This document shows positions 31,135 through 41,480 of a stretch of 64,000 nucleotides of DNA, one piece after another (the stretch's first letter is position 1; every line of letters starts with the position of its first letter). Where the stretch lies: positions 576,001 through 640,000 of the forward strand of contig CAVPLM010000005.1 in the NCBI GenBank assembly GCA_963706025.1. Reading direction: 5' to 3'. The notes under the pieces were generated by a model, which searched no databases, was not told the DNA's origin, and saw only the letters and a list, made by a program, of their open reading frames with translations. Origin of the DNA: an uncultured Actinomycetes bacterium. Its GTDB lineage: Bacteria > Actinomycetota > Thermoleophilia > RBG-16-64-13. A program made the position numbers and the translations under genes.

Positions 31135-31398
31135 TCAGTCGTAGTGCGTCCACATCCTCAGCACCTTGACGATCTGTTCGTCCTCCAGCACCTGGTAGAC
31201 CAGTCGGTGCTGGATGTTGATGCGTCGGGAGTAAGCGCCACTCAGGTCTCCAACCACCTTCTCGTAAGGTGGCGGCGACTGGAATGGGTCCTCTTCCAGC
31301 ACGCGAAGCAGCCCTTGAGTCTTCTCTTTGAGCCCGGCAGAGGCGAGGCGCTTGGCGTCCTTTTGGGCCTGCTTCGTGTAGAGGAGCCGCCAGCTCAC
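31135..31398 (-). CDS. yoeB: Txe/YoeB family toxin
   Basis: PPYEKVVGDLSGAYSRRINIQHRLVY..LRMWTHY. Confidence 0.95.
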   Translation of the reverse strand: MSWRLLYTKQAQKDAKRLASAGLKEKTQGLLRVLEEDPFQSPPPYEKVVGDLSGAYSRRINIQHRLVYQVLEDEQIVKVLRMWTHYD

Positions 31399-31637
31399 CA
31401 GTCCAACTTGTCATGAAGTTCACCCACTGGTGTAGCCATGCCCTCGAGAATGGACTCCCGCATACCGGGGATCGAGACCAGGTGCAGTGTCTCCTGGACG
31501 GCACGCCAGTCGCCTTCCGAAACCAATACGGCGCTGCTACGCGGGCCCGTGATCTCGATAGGATCGTGGGAGTCGGATACCTCATCAAGAAGCTTGTAGA
31601 GTCGCTTGCGAGCTTCGGTCGCGCTGATGGTTGTCAC
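31395..31637 (-). CDS. yefM: Phd/YefM family antitoxin
   Basis: ATEARKRLYKLLDEV...QETLHLVSIPGMRESI; overlaps the toxin start. Confidence 0.95.
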   Translation of the reverse strand: MTTISATEARKRLYKLLDEVSDSHDPIEITGPRSSAVLVSEGDWRAVQETLHLVSIPGMRESILEGMATPVGELHDKLDW

Positions 31638-31655
31638 AACGACTACCTCCTCATA

Positions 31656-31673
31656 CGTACGGTAAAGCGTACG
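31656..31673. promoter_or_regulatory. YefM-type operator
   Basis: Two CGTACG palindromes 12 bp apart upstream of yefM. Confidence 0.65.
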
Positions 31674-31705
31674 CTAAGAGGCCACCGTAGTCAAGGCCCT
31701 CATCC

Positions 31706-32077
31706 CTATGTTTCACTTTGTTTGCGGCACCCGCTAGACTTCACCCAGCCGGGTTCTCGCCCATCGGAATGCACGTGCCGCTTGTAGGCATCGTCGCCGG
31801 GATGCCCGCCGAGATGCTGCTTCACCCACACGAGCTTGTCTGACCAGGCCGACACATTCTCCCAAGGCGCGGTGGACAAGATGTACGTGTCGAACAGTTG
31901 CGACAGCTCTCGGTAGGCCTCGAGCGCGCCCGGCATCGGATCCATGAGCGCGAAGATACCGGGAACGTCGTCAAGCCTGCCCTCGTACTCGCGCTGCTCT
32001 TCGGCCGAGATACGCTTGATCCCCGACTCGAAGTCGACGATCACGCCGTCCATGTCGATGTAGAGAATCTTCTTCAC
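31706..32077 (-). pseudogene. 3'-truncated NT5C-type HAD 5'(3')-nucleotidase
   Basis: YIDMDGV, PMPGALEAY, ILSTAPW, SDKLVWV; similarity ends after AYKR and the LIDD motif is missing. Confidence 0.75.
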
Positions 32078-32120
32078 CGTATCCCTCCCGGGTTGTTGAC
32101 AATGTCGCGTCTCCACGGGC

Positions 32121-32888
32121 TCATCTGCAGAGAGCCGAGGCAAAGTCTTCGCGTCGAGAGAACTCGCGACTGCTCAGAAGCGTCCCTTCCTCCACCCGGA
32201 CCCGGCCGTCCTCAATCACAGCGTAGCGAAACCTCCCGGGGTCGTCCATTCCCAGGAACGCGCACGGATCGATCATGTGGAAGCCGCGCTTCTCCAACTC
32301 CGGTATGGACGGCGTGTGCCCGACAACCTGGCGGATTCCAGCCAGGGGAAGGAGAGGTGAGTACGGTCGCGGCCGAAACCACGTAGGACCGTCGTCGCCC
32401 AGGATCCCCCGTTCGTCGTATTCCCCCGTCTCGAACTCCCGTCTGAGAGCGGTGAGAAAGGCCTGGTTGAGATGTGCGGCCAGGCGCTCGGGGTCGGACT
32501 CACATTCCTCTTGGAAGACCCCCTCGTAGGCCTCGGAGACCCCGGCGTGGGTGATGAGCACTCCCTCGATGCAGGTGGCCACCTTCCAGGCCGCCGACGG
32601 TCCCGCGTTCAGCACCTTATCGATGAGGAGTGGCCGAAAGCCGCGGTTTTCCGGCTCCTGAGGGTAGACGATGTAGTCCAGCAGCACGGCCACATCGTGG
32701 TTGCCCATGAGCACCTCGGTGGCATGGTCCTGGACGAGGTCGATGCAGCCACCGGGATCGGGGCCGCGATCAAACAGGTCCCCGGCGTAGACGAAGCCGT
32801 CCTCGCCGGGCCGAAAGCCGCCGTGATCGAGGGCGTTCTGGATGAGCTCGGGGTAGCCGTGAGCATCGGATATGACGAAGGTTCGCAT
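32121..32888 (-). CDS. Calcineurin-like metallophosphoesterase
   Basis: SDAHG, GDLFDRG, GNHD, THAG, VGHT motifs. Confidence 0.92.
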   Translation of the reverse strand: MRTFVISDAHGYPELIQNALDHGGFRPGEDGFVYAGDLFDRGPDPGGCIDLVQDHATEVLMGNHDVAVLLDYIVYPQEPENRGFRPLLIDKVLNAGPSAAWKVATCIEGVLITHAGVSEAYEGVFQEECESDPERLAAHLNQAFLTALRREFETGEYDERGILGDDGPTWFRPRPYSPLLPLAGIRQVVGHTPSIPELEKRGFHMIDPCAFLGMDDPGRFRYAVIEDGRVRVEEGTLLSSREFSRREDFASALCR

Positions 32889-32933
32889 CAGCTATCTCTT
32901 TCTGCTGGTCCCCTGCGGACCAGATGCCTGCTT

Positions 32934-33130
32934 CTCAATCTTTGGTTTCGGGAAGACCGAGTTCGCGCACGAAGCGGTCGATATCTTCATCCGAGACGTT
33001 TCCATCCCGGTCGACCTTGAAGTAGCGCCGGGATCGGGCCTGCTTCCGGCCCGTCGGAAGCGATCTCGACAGGCGAGGAACGCTCCCGGGCGAGCCGGTC
33101 TTCCTGCTCTTTGCGCTTGCTGCGCGTCAT
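32934..33130 (-). CDS. Small hypothetical protein (probable frameshift near 33030)
   Basis: ATG overlaps the upstream stop (ATGA); MTRSKRKEQEDRL..., continuing in another frame as YFKVDRDGNVSDEDIDRFVRELG. Confidence 0.4.
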
Positions 33131-34142
33131 GCGGCTACTTTGGGAAACAGCGACAGCTGGATCAACTCTTCTTCCCAGACCAGTCCTGAGCCAGAGACCT
33201 GCTTGGTCTCCAGACGCAGGTCATAGCCCAAATCAGCGGCCGGCTGCTCCTCGACCCCGGCCTCGCGAATCTCGGCGAACAGTCGGAGCGCGGATGCCTC
33301 CGCATCGAAATCCTTCGGTACCGCTGCTTTGTGAAGCAGAGCTTCGAGCGCGTACCCGCGAAGCAGCTTGGGATAGAGCCGTGTGAAGCGCTTGGCCGGC
33401 TGCAGGAGGTCCAGACAGACGAACTCGCCGCCGAGGAACACCAGCGCTCCCACGGTGTCGTTCGCGGTGGAGGAGACGTCGAGCGCGAAGGCCCGAAGGA
33501 TCCTCTCGAGATCGTTCTTCCCGGCCTCATAGGTGTCGGCCATGGCCATGGTCGGTGAGTCGATCCCCAGGGCCAAAGCCGATCTTCGGACCTCGTTCCA
33601 GACCGCTCCTTGGTCGGACATACAAGCCTGAGCACGTAGAAGCTGAGGCTCCTCGCTCATCCTCCCCTGCAGCCCGCTCAGCTTCGCGACCTGCGGGCGT
33701 GGGCTTTCATGTGCTCGCGCACCTTACGCTCCTTTTCCCGGCGCAAGGCGGAGTGGCTGATGTACACGCCCGAGTCGAAGGCTCGGCTGCGGTGACTCCA
33801 GCGGCCCTGCTCCACGCAGCTCACCGGGAGCACCGTCTTACCCACCCCCACCAGGATGGTGGCGTTGGCGATGCGGTTCTGCTTCGCCCCCACCAGTTCC
33901 TCGCCGTCGAAGATGAGGACCGGCCAGGGACCCTTGTTCACGGCCTGCAGATAGGGAACGGATCCGGCCTCGCTCACCTCGGTTATGGTGAGCGTGCCTC
34001 GGGTGATAGCCTGCTCGAGGAGCACGTAGCGAGCCTTGACCTTCGCCTTGGAGCGGAGAGGCAGGATGCACAGAGCACCGTCCCACATGGGCGCTCCCGG
34101 CCTGAGCGTCCCCATCGCTTCTTTTACCTTCTGTTCGTACAT
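33127..34142 (-). CDS. ARPP-1 (DUF6569) family protein (split near 33700)
   Basis: ITEVSEAGSVPYL..N.GPWPVLIFDGEELVGAKQNRI..PVSCVEQGRW; SDQGAVW; LLRGYALEAL. Confidence 0.85.
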
Positions 34143-34326
34143 CACGGCCTCTCTTTCTTTCAGTATCGCGGCTCCCCGGCCCCTCCGGGAATCACTGCTC
34201 CGCATCACTTACAGTAGTAATTATACCACTGTTAGCGACTTATTAAACACAGAACCCCTAGCGCACGGGCTCTCAGCGTGATATCGTCTAGACATAGTGT
34301 GACACGCGCCTCGGACAGGAAAACGC

Positions 34327-34866
34327 ATGGGACGCAGAAGCAGCCAGCATGACGAGCCCGGATACTCCCCGGCCTTCGCCAAGGCCCTCGGGCGGGAGAT
34401 CAAGGTGATGCGTACTGATCTCGGTATCGAGCGACGGGAGTTTGCCGAGCGGGCGGGGATCTCCTACTCCTACATCACCGAGATCGAGAACGGCAACAAG
34501 CCGCCATCGTCCTCGGTATTGGAAGATATCGCGAGCGCCTTGGGCATGCGCATGTCCCAGCTCATTCAGGCGGCCGAGGAGCGCATGGACACGGCAGAAC
34601 TAGAACAAGGGCGGTCGGCGCCCTACGAAGCCGAGCTGCTCCAGCCCTCCCCTCGCCTCTCCATGGAGGAGTTGCCGTCGGCTCCGGAGCACCTGAATCT
34701 ACAACTGCGCGCTGCTCTTCCCCGTCGCTATGCCATGCGGCCCAGCCTCAGAGGCCCGAACCGGAACCTGCGCGCGGCCCTTATGGAGCTGGAGGAACTG
34801 CTCAGGAACATGGCGACGGAGGACGTCGAGCGCCTGCTGGACTATGCGCGCCGGCTGGCGCGTTAA
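34327..34866 (+). CDS. XRE-family HTH regulator, divergent from the ARPP-1 operon
   Basis: FAERAGISYSYITEIENGNKPPS..LEDIASALG. Confidence 0.92.
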   Translation: MGRRSSQHDEPGYSPAFAKALGREIKVMRTDLGIERREFAERAGISYSYITEIENGNKPPSSSVLEDIASALGMRMSQLIQAAEERMDTAELEQGRSAPYEAELLQPSPRLSMEELPSAPEHLNLQLRAALPRRYAMRPSLRGPNRNLRAALMELEELLRNMATEDVERLLDYARRLAR

Positions 34867-35002
34867 GCAACGTCAGCTACATCACAGAGTCGAGCTCTCA
34901 CCGGCCGCACCTCACCGCCGTGGCCGGCTTCCGCCCCTTTTGCAGTTCGGCCCACTGATAACGAATCAGCGGGCCGGCCGGCAAACCGGCCCCCAGCTTG
35001 GC

Positions 35003-35203
35003 CTACTTCCCTTTCTCACCGTAGCGAATGACAGCCAGGCCTATGCGAGCGAATATCGCCACCACAAACCCCACGATCCCCACGATTAGCGTTATCGTCG
35101 CCAGTACGAGCACGGCCGCGCTGTCTGTGTACCGTGCAGGTGGATTCTCTTTCTCGAAGCCCACCAGCCGGTCTTCCTCCACCTTTGGATCGAATCCCTT
35201 CAT
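35003..35203 (-). CDS. Small single-TM hypothetical protein
   Basis: 66-aa ORF with one hydrophobic helix. Confidence 0.4.
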   Translation of the reverse strand: MKGFDPKVEEDRLVGFEKENPPARYTDSAAVLVLATITLIVGIVGFVVAIFARIGLAVIRYGEKGK

Positions 35204-35209
35204 TCCCTA

Positions 35210-35324
35210 CCGGGGAGGGTCTCTCGGCAACCGCGGGTTGGAGATCCAGTACCTCGAAGACCCGTTCGAACGACACCACTGTGGTCATGATATCTCGAAC
35301 ACCCGACACGAGGTTAGGGGTCAA
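35210..35324 (-). pseudogene. Internal fragment of an ABC exporter
   Basis: DIMTTVVSFERVFEVLDLQPAVAERP resembles the TMD-NBD linker. Confidence 0.5.
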
Positions 35325-35450
35325 GACTCATTCGAGAAGTGGACGGCTCCGAGCTGCCGCGGCGCTGCTTGGGGTACCATGCAGTATGCAGCAGAAGAGC
35401 CAGCGTGGGTCGAGCTGGACAGCGAAGTGGAAAGTGGGGAATAGGGCGAG

Positions 35451-36467
35451 ATGCCTCTCGGCGGATACTGCGAGGCGTGCGGTCGATGGGTGTGGGTGGC
35501 GCCCAATGGATCCTGCCGGTCTGGCCACCCGCCCAGCCGGGTGCGGGAGGTGCAGCAACTCAGGCCGCTGACCTCCCCCCGCGGGACGCTCATGCGCACG
35601 CCGCCAACACCTAAGGTCACTCCCTATCACGTGCGTTTCTGGTGGAGGCACTCGGCCTGGATCCTGCTCACGCTGACCCTCGGCTTCCTCAACTGGCTGG
35701 CCTTCGTCTACATCGGCCTGCGTGCGCGTCAATCGCAGTGGTTGATCTGGGGCTTCGTCTACCTGTTGCCCTTGGCCGCGACCGTCGCCGCCATCGGCTC
35801 GCCGTACTTCTGGTTTGCCCTCGCGGTCCAGATCGTCGTTGCAGTCGTCTCCTTCATCCATGCGGTCGCTGTGCGCCCGCGGTACCGGGCGCTCATGTTT
35901 GGTGATCCCCCTATCGGGTCGGTGCCCGCACCGCCCATGATGGTCGCTCAACAACGGCCGGACCTGGCGCGAAATCTGGACCAGAACGTGGCCCAGACCT
36001 TGCGCGAAGCCTACCAGCGAGTAGGTGAGATGAGTGACGCCGCCAACCACATCGCCAGGCCCGAGACCCGCCAGGCCATCGCCCAGCTCTGCGCCACGGC
36101 CCAGCAGATCCTGGCCGAGATCCAAAAACACCCCCAGAGGATGGACGTGGCCCGGGGGTTCCTAACCTACTACCTGGAAGCGGCGGCCCGCATAGTGAGG
36201 GGCTACGAGGAACTGGTGGCCCGGGGCAGCGATTCGCCCGAGGTCCGGAAGACCCTGGCCCAGGCCGAGAACTCGCTCCCCGGCATCCAGAGAGCCTTCG
36301 ACAGCCACCTGGAATCCCTGCTGCAGCTCGACTTACTGGACCTGGAGAGCGAGATAGACCTGCTGGACAAGACCGTGCAGATGGAGAACCGGTTCAACTC
36401 CGGGCCCGAGATCGACTCGGCACCCGTGACCGTTACACCGATGCGTCCTGCTGGGGGCGCGAGATGA
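35451..36467 (+). CDS. XpaC-like (5-bromo-4-chloroindolyl phosphate hydrolysis family) membrane protein
   Basis: N-terminal CxxC..C..H, TM helices, ARGFLTYYLEAA..Y, DLESEIDLL; upstream of telA. Confidence 0.85.
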   Translation: MPLGGYCEACGRWVWVAPNGSCRSGHPPSRVREVQQLRPLTSPRGTLMRTPPTPKVTPYHVRFWWRHSAWILLTLTLGFLNWLAFVYIGLRARQSQWLIWGFVYLLPLAATVAAIGSPYFWFALAVQIVVAVVSFIHAVAVRPRYRALMFGDPPIGSVPAPPMMVAQQRPDLARNLDQNVAQTLREAYQRVGEMSDAANHIARPETRQAIAQLCATAQQILAEIQKHPQRMDVARGFLTYYLEAAARIVRGYEELVARGSDSPEVRKTLAQAENSLPGIQRAFDSHLESLLQLDLLDLESEIDLLDKTVQMENRFNSGPEIDSAPVTVTPMRPAGGAR

Positions 36468-36510
36468 CCGTGGGAGGTGTCCGATGACCGCAGGAGGTGC
36501 CCGATGACCG
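36451..36510 (+). repeat. 20-bp tandem triplication of the xpaC/telA junction, encoding two 7-codon mini-ORFs
   Basis: GATGACCG at a 20-bp period, with GGAGG in copies 2 and 3. Confidence 0.85.
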
Positions 36511-37652
36511 ACGATACAGCCTCTCGCCCGGCGGACCTTCCCGCCGCGTTCGAGCCGGTGCTTCCCGGGGAGGTCGGCGCCGCCCTTCCCGCAGAGGGCG
36601 AAGTCGCGCCCGGACCGCGGGCGTTGACGCCCGAAGAGCAGGCCCGGGTGGACGCCATCCGGGAATCCATCGACGTGACCGACGCCCAGATGGTGCTCCA
36701 GTACGGCCTCACGGCGCAGAACAAGATCTCAGCCTTCACCGACTCGCTGTTGGCCGACGTTCGTACGCGCGACACCGGGGAAGCGGGGCGGGCACTGACC
36801 TCCCTCCTGGGCAAGGTCAGGGAGCTGAACGTCGACGCGCTGGCCAAGGGAACGTCAGGATCGCGCATCCCTCTGGTGGGCAAGCTCATGGACGGGTTCA
36901 AGCGTTTCGAAGCCCGCTACGAGAAGCTCTCCTCCAGCCTGGAGAAGCTCATCACCGGCCTGGAGCGGACCCGCATGGGCCTGCTGAAGGACCTCACCGT
37001 GCTCGACAAGATGTACGAGCTCAACCTCGAGTACTTACGCCAGCTCGACCTGTACATCGCCGCCGGTGACGAGACTCTCGAGGAGCTTAACACCAGGCGG
37101 CTCCCCGCCATGGAGGTGGGAGTAAGGGCGTCGCAGGACCCGCTCGTGGCTCAGCAACTGGCCGATTTCCGCCAGGCAGGGCTGAGGTTTGAGCGACGCC
37201 TCCACGACCTGAAACTCACGCGCACCATCGCCATACAGAGTGCGCCGCAGATCCGTCTTATCGAGGCCAACAACCAGGGTCTGGTGGAGAAGATCCAGAC
37301 GTCGGTGACCAACACCATCCCCCTGTGGAAGAACCAGATCATCATCGCCCTCAGCCTCTACCGCCAGCAGCAGGCCCTAGCCGTGCAGAAGGCGGTCACA
37401 GACACGACGAACGAGCTGCTCGCGAAGAACGCCGAGATGCTCCGGACGGGTTCGGCCGAGGTGGCCCGCGAGACCGAGCGCGGGATCGTGGATATCGAGA
37501 CCCTCCGCAAGGTCAACGACGACCTGATCGCCACGCTGGAGGAGACGATCCGCATTCAGGACGAGGGTCACGCGCGCCGGGTACAGGCAGAGGTGGAGCT
37601 GCTTCGTCTGCAGTCGGAGCTCAGGAAGAAGCTGGTCGACCTGGCTGGGTAG
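36504..37652 (+). CDS. Toxic anion resistance protein TelA/YaaN
   Basis: LQYGLTAQ, RLHDLKLTRTIAIQSAPQIRLI, TIPLWKNQ, TNELLAKNAE. Confidence 0.95.
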   Translation: MTDDTASRPADLPAAFEPVLPGEVGAALPAEGEVAPGPRALTPEEQARVDAIRESIDVTDAQMVLQYGLTAQNKISAFTDSLLADVRTRDTGEAGRALTSLLGKVRELNVDALAKGTSGSRIPLVGKLMDGFKRFEARYEKLSSSLEKLITGLERTRMGLLKDLTVLDKMYELNLEYLRQLDLYIAAGDETLEELNTRRLPAMEVGVRASQDPLVAQQLADFRQAGLRFERRLHDLKLTRTIAIQSAPQIRLIEANNQGLVEKIQTSVTNTIPLWKNQIIIALSLYRQQQALAVQKAVTDTTNELLAKNAEMLRTGSAEVARETERGIVDIETLRKVNDDLIATLEETIRIQDEGHARRVQAEVELLRLQSELRKKLVDLAG

Positions 37653-37821
37653 TCGGCACCGCGGCCGGGATGGGTTCATCAGCCCGCCGGTCGGGTGTCC
37701 AGTCGCAAGGTAAGCAGAAGGGATCAGAAGTAAGCAAGGAGGGGTAGAAACGGAGTTCCACGCGAACGACGATACTCTCTCGAATAATGCCTTTTTACAG
37801 GTATTTTCTTCTTCTGCTAGG

Positions 37822-37893
37822 AGCCGGTGAAGGGACTTGAACCCCTAACCTGCTGATTACAAATCAGCTGCTCTACCATTGAGCTACACCGGC
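37822..37893 (-). tRNA. tRNA-Thr(TGT), CCA not encoded
   Basis: GCCGGTG acceptor stem, TAGCTCAATGGTAGAGC D-arm, CTGAT-TTGTAA-TCAG anticodon arm, GGTTCAAGTCC T-arm. Confidence 0.97.
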
Positions 37894-38232
37894 CCGAGAG
37901 GCGGCACCGCACCACGCCGCCGCTCCCCGCCCACCGCCGGCACGCCCCCATTGCCGGCATTCGCCGGCACGGTAAGCGCGCCACCGCAAAGCCAGAAGAT
38001 TTTAGCGCGCCTGCGCCCATCGCGCGGCCTCGTGATGGTCCGTAGCCGCAAGAGGATCGACCAACGCTTGAGAATCACCACTCCTGGGTAAGGATTCATA
38101 CTAGAAGGCTCGCTCGCATCAGCCCTTGATGAGTCCGCCCCCTTCCGCTCCTTTCACGCACGACGCGAAGCCGAACCTCTCCTGCAACTAACCGAACGCG
38201 TATCCGACTCGCCGATCTGAGGGAGGCTAATC

Positions 38233-38502
38233 ATGCTATTCGTGACATTGGGCGCCGCAAAAGCGGCAACGACCAAGGAGCGGGTCGCTCGACGGATGCA
38301 GTGGTCCTATCCTCCGGGAACACGCATCATCGCCGAATACTGGCTCCAGATCCCCGATCCGACGGTGATCGTGATCTCCGAGGCCGACGATATCGCCCCC
38401 ATAATGGCTGCGACGAGCGCCTGGGACGACGTCTTTTCCTTCACGGTCGTGCCGGCCGTGACCGCGGAACAAGGAATGGAGCTCGCCAAGAAGATGACGT
38501 GA
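38233..38502 (+). CDS. DUF3303-like small protein
   Basis: W.YPPG..IIAEYW..ISEADD..W.DVF.FTVVPAVTAEQG; RBS GGAGG. Confidence 0.75.
   Translation: MLFVTLGAAKAATTKERVARRMQWSYPPGTRIIAEYWLQIPDPTVIVISEADDIAPIMAATSAWDDVFSFTVVPAVTAEQGMELAKKMT
38404..38456 (+). repeat. Direct repeat, copy 1 (partner at 42256-42308)
   Basis: 28-bp exact match ATGGCTGCGACGAGCGCCTGGGACGACG plus a diverged extension. Confidence 0.85.
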
Positions 38503-38659
38503 CGGTCCGAGACCGGAACGACCAAGCGGTCGTCGACCGCCTCGACGGAGCAGTGGGGCCCTCATAGGGGCTGATGCGAGCGGCCCGCAGCACTGCCCGG
38601 AACGCCCCCCGTGTCTCGTTGTCCTCTCCGGCGCACACCGAGAGTGAAGGTACCCACGC

Positions 38660-40115
38660 TCAGCAGGCGTTTCCGCCCCTGGCCAGCTCGAGATAGCGCT
38701 CGGCGACCTTTCCCCAGGAAGCAAACCGTAGGCGGCAGAGATCGTGGAGTTGGTCACGAAAGGCGAAACCAGCCGTGGGGTAGCGACCGAGAACGTGTAT
38801 CGCCAGGCGCGAGAGCTCCTCGCTGAGGCATTGACCGGGAGCGAGGGCCCTCAGCAGCGGGTCCGCCAAGGCGTCCGCCACCACATCGACTATAGGGGCG
38901 AGGCCGGAGTGGAAGCTTGCGAGGGGCAGAGCGCCGGCGGAAAGCGCCTCGATGGTGACGAGCCCGACTGCCTCTGGGAATACGGACGGGGCCAGCGAGA
39001 CATCCGCGGCAGCAAAGAGGCGACCGAGCTGGGCTGACGTTGAGATGGCCGAGAAAGTGCAATGGCAGAGGGCCGACGTGGGGCACCGCGGCGGGAACCA
39101 ACTCACCGAACTCTGGTGGGGCACGGAGCTCATCTGACTTAGCGGCAAGCGCACGCGCGGCCGCCTCATCCCCCTCGCCGAGCAGTCTCGCCAGCTCCGT
39201 CAAGGGCGCCTGAGCCGGGCCCTCCCCCGCGATCAGCAACCGCACCGAAGGATAGTGCGCAAGCACACGAGGCAGGCAAGAGACGGCGTATTGGACGCCT
39301 TTCGTCCACATCAGCCGACCGGCGTAGACGATGATGCGGTCCTCGGGGCGCAATTCAAGCCCGTCGGGCAGAGCGACCTCGCGGGTTAGAGCCTCGATCG
39401 CGGCCATTCGATCGGAGGCAGGGGCAAAGGTGCGCGCATCGACCCCCGGCGGGATCGCAAACGTCTTGCTCGCCATAGGCAAGCGGTGCTCCGCCGCCCA
39501 GGTGACGATCTCGGCAGCGCCTGGTTCGGAGACGGCCACCACTGCGGCAGCGGCCTCGAGGCCCTCCAAGGCGAAGGGGGCAAGCCGCCGATCACGCTTG
39601 ACGCTGAAGTTGAGCTCCGACCCATGCACGGTCACGACGTAGGGAGTGTCCGCGGCGAGCGCCTGCTTGACGAGGTACGGGGCCATCATCGCGTGGTTCG
39701 CGAGGACGAGGTCAGGGGGCCAGGTCGCGAATATGGTCCGTAGGGCGGAAGCATTGTCGAGTACGTACGCTTCGATCCACTCGGTGGGGCTGTCTTGAAA
39801 CGCCCTTACCTGCTCGGCCTCGAACCCCGGGAAAGGACCGTCGACGTACACGAGCAGACGCCGAAGCTGCGGCCGAACGAGCCGGCAGCGCCCCTCGTAG
39901 AGCGGTGGTCGTACATCACCGAGGGGCATCGGCTCGGCGTTGTTCTCATCGACGACGTAGACGGCATCGACGAAGTCGTACAGTTCGGGACTGCGCTCCT
40001 GGCAGACGAGAGTGACGTCATGACCCCGCCGGACCAGCTCACGCACCACCTCGCGCGCGTATATCCCGCTCCCTGAGTCATGAAGGTAGTACCCATGAAC
40101 AACGGCGACGCGCAC
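38660..40115 (-). CDS. Glycosyltransferase family 4 (frameshift near 39040)
   Basis: GSGIY, VTVHGSEL, IPPGVD, YAGRL..KG, PSVFPEAVGLVTIEALSAG. Confidence 0.88.
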
Positions 40116-40246
40116 TGCGACCTCCAGGAGGGATGCGGCTAGGGCATCGATTCTCGGTTCAGAGGACCGAGACTACCACTACTGCCAGAGTCAGACGAGG
40201 CGTCCGAGAGGAGCGGGCCTCTTACGGGAACTCGGGCTCGTGAGGG

Positions 40247-41339
40247 TCAGTACTTGGCCGCCTGCAGATCCTCGAGATCGCCGGGACTGAGGTCGGCCAG
40301 GAACCCCAGTACGAATGCGCCGGCCTCCTGGATCCTGGCCGCGCTGCAGTGCTCGTAGGTGTCACCGGTGGTGTGGTAGAGCGGGTCCTCGCGCCACTCC
40401 AGCCAGGCGGCCGGGTAGCCCGCCAACTCGAAGGGCTCGTGGTCACTGTATCCGAAGGAGGAGGGGTCCTTCACGTAGGTGAGACTGACCCCCGTCGCAC
40501 GTGCGTAAGCCTCGAGCATGTCCCGGAGTCTGCGAGGACCCTGACTCATCGTCCGCACGGTGAACGTGTCACCGTAGCCCACCATGTCCAGGGAGATCAT
40601 GGCGACCACGAGCCCTCGGTCGGCGGCCGTCATCTGCTGAACGTAGGCTCGGGAGCCATAGTGATGATGGTCGGGGTCGGTGTCGATCATCTCCTCATTG
40701 CCGAAGAGAACAAAGACCACGGTCGGGGAGATATCGGCGCCCATCACGTCGCGAGCGAGTTCGAGGACCGCGGCCGAACCCGACGCGTTGTCATTGCCTC
40801 CGGGGGACGGTTCTTTGCTGTCCATGTGTCCGCCGATGACGACCGTCAGAGGAGACGAGCCCTTCTTGACCGCGATGACGTTGTGCGACGTCAGGCCGTT
40901 CGGCACGGGAACGTCGGTCAGAACGGCCTCGTAGCCGAGGCCGTTCAGATAGCCCGCGGCATACTGGGCGGCCTCGGCCTCGGCCTCGGTCCCGCCCCGC
41001 CTCACGCCGATCTCGGCGGCCAGCTTCCCGACGTGGTTCATGGCCTGTGCCGCATCGAAGGCCAAGACCGGCTGCGGCGGCGGCTCCGTCGATGTGGTTG
41101 TGCTCGGGAGCGTGGACGTCGTGGTGCTCAGGAGCCTCGAGCGCACGGTGGTGGTGCTTGCGACTGCGGCGCCGGGCGTCGCACTCCTCGTGCTCGTCGT
41201 GGAAACCGCGAGCGACTCGCGTCGTGCTGCTCGAGACGACCGGCTGAGAGCGGGGTCCGGCGAAGAGATAGAGGAGTCCCACCCCGAGGAGAACCGCAAT
41301 CACGACGACTGCTACGACGACAAGGATGGTCCGCTTCAT
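40247..41339 (-). CDS. M28 family peptidase, membrane-anchored (frameshift near 41220)
   Basis: GGHMDS, GGNDNASG, GNEE, SLDMVG, SDHEPF, YHTTGDT. Confidence 0.9.
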
Positions 41340-41480
41340 GCGGGCAGTCTAGCAAAGGGCACTGACGAGCCCACTGTGGAGCAGTCGTGTCGGTCTCCTG
41401 TGGACCGGTCTCGCGCCGACTCCGGGTCGTCCGATCCGGCCTCCCAGGTAGGAACAGCGGTCGGAGAAACCCGGTCGGCG

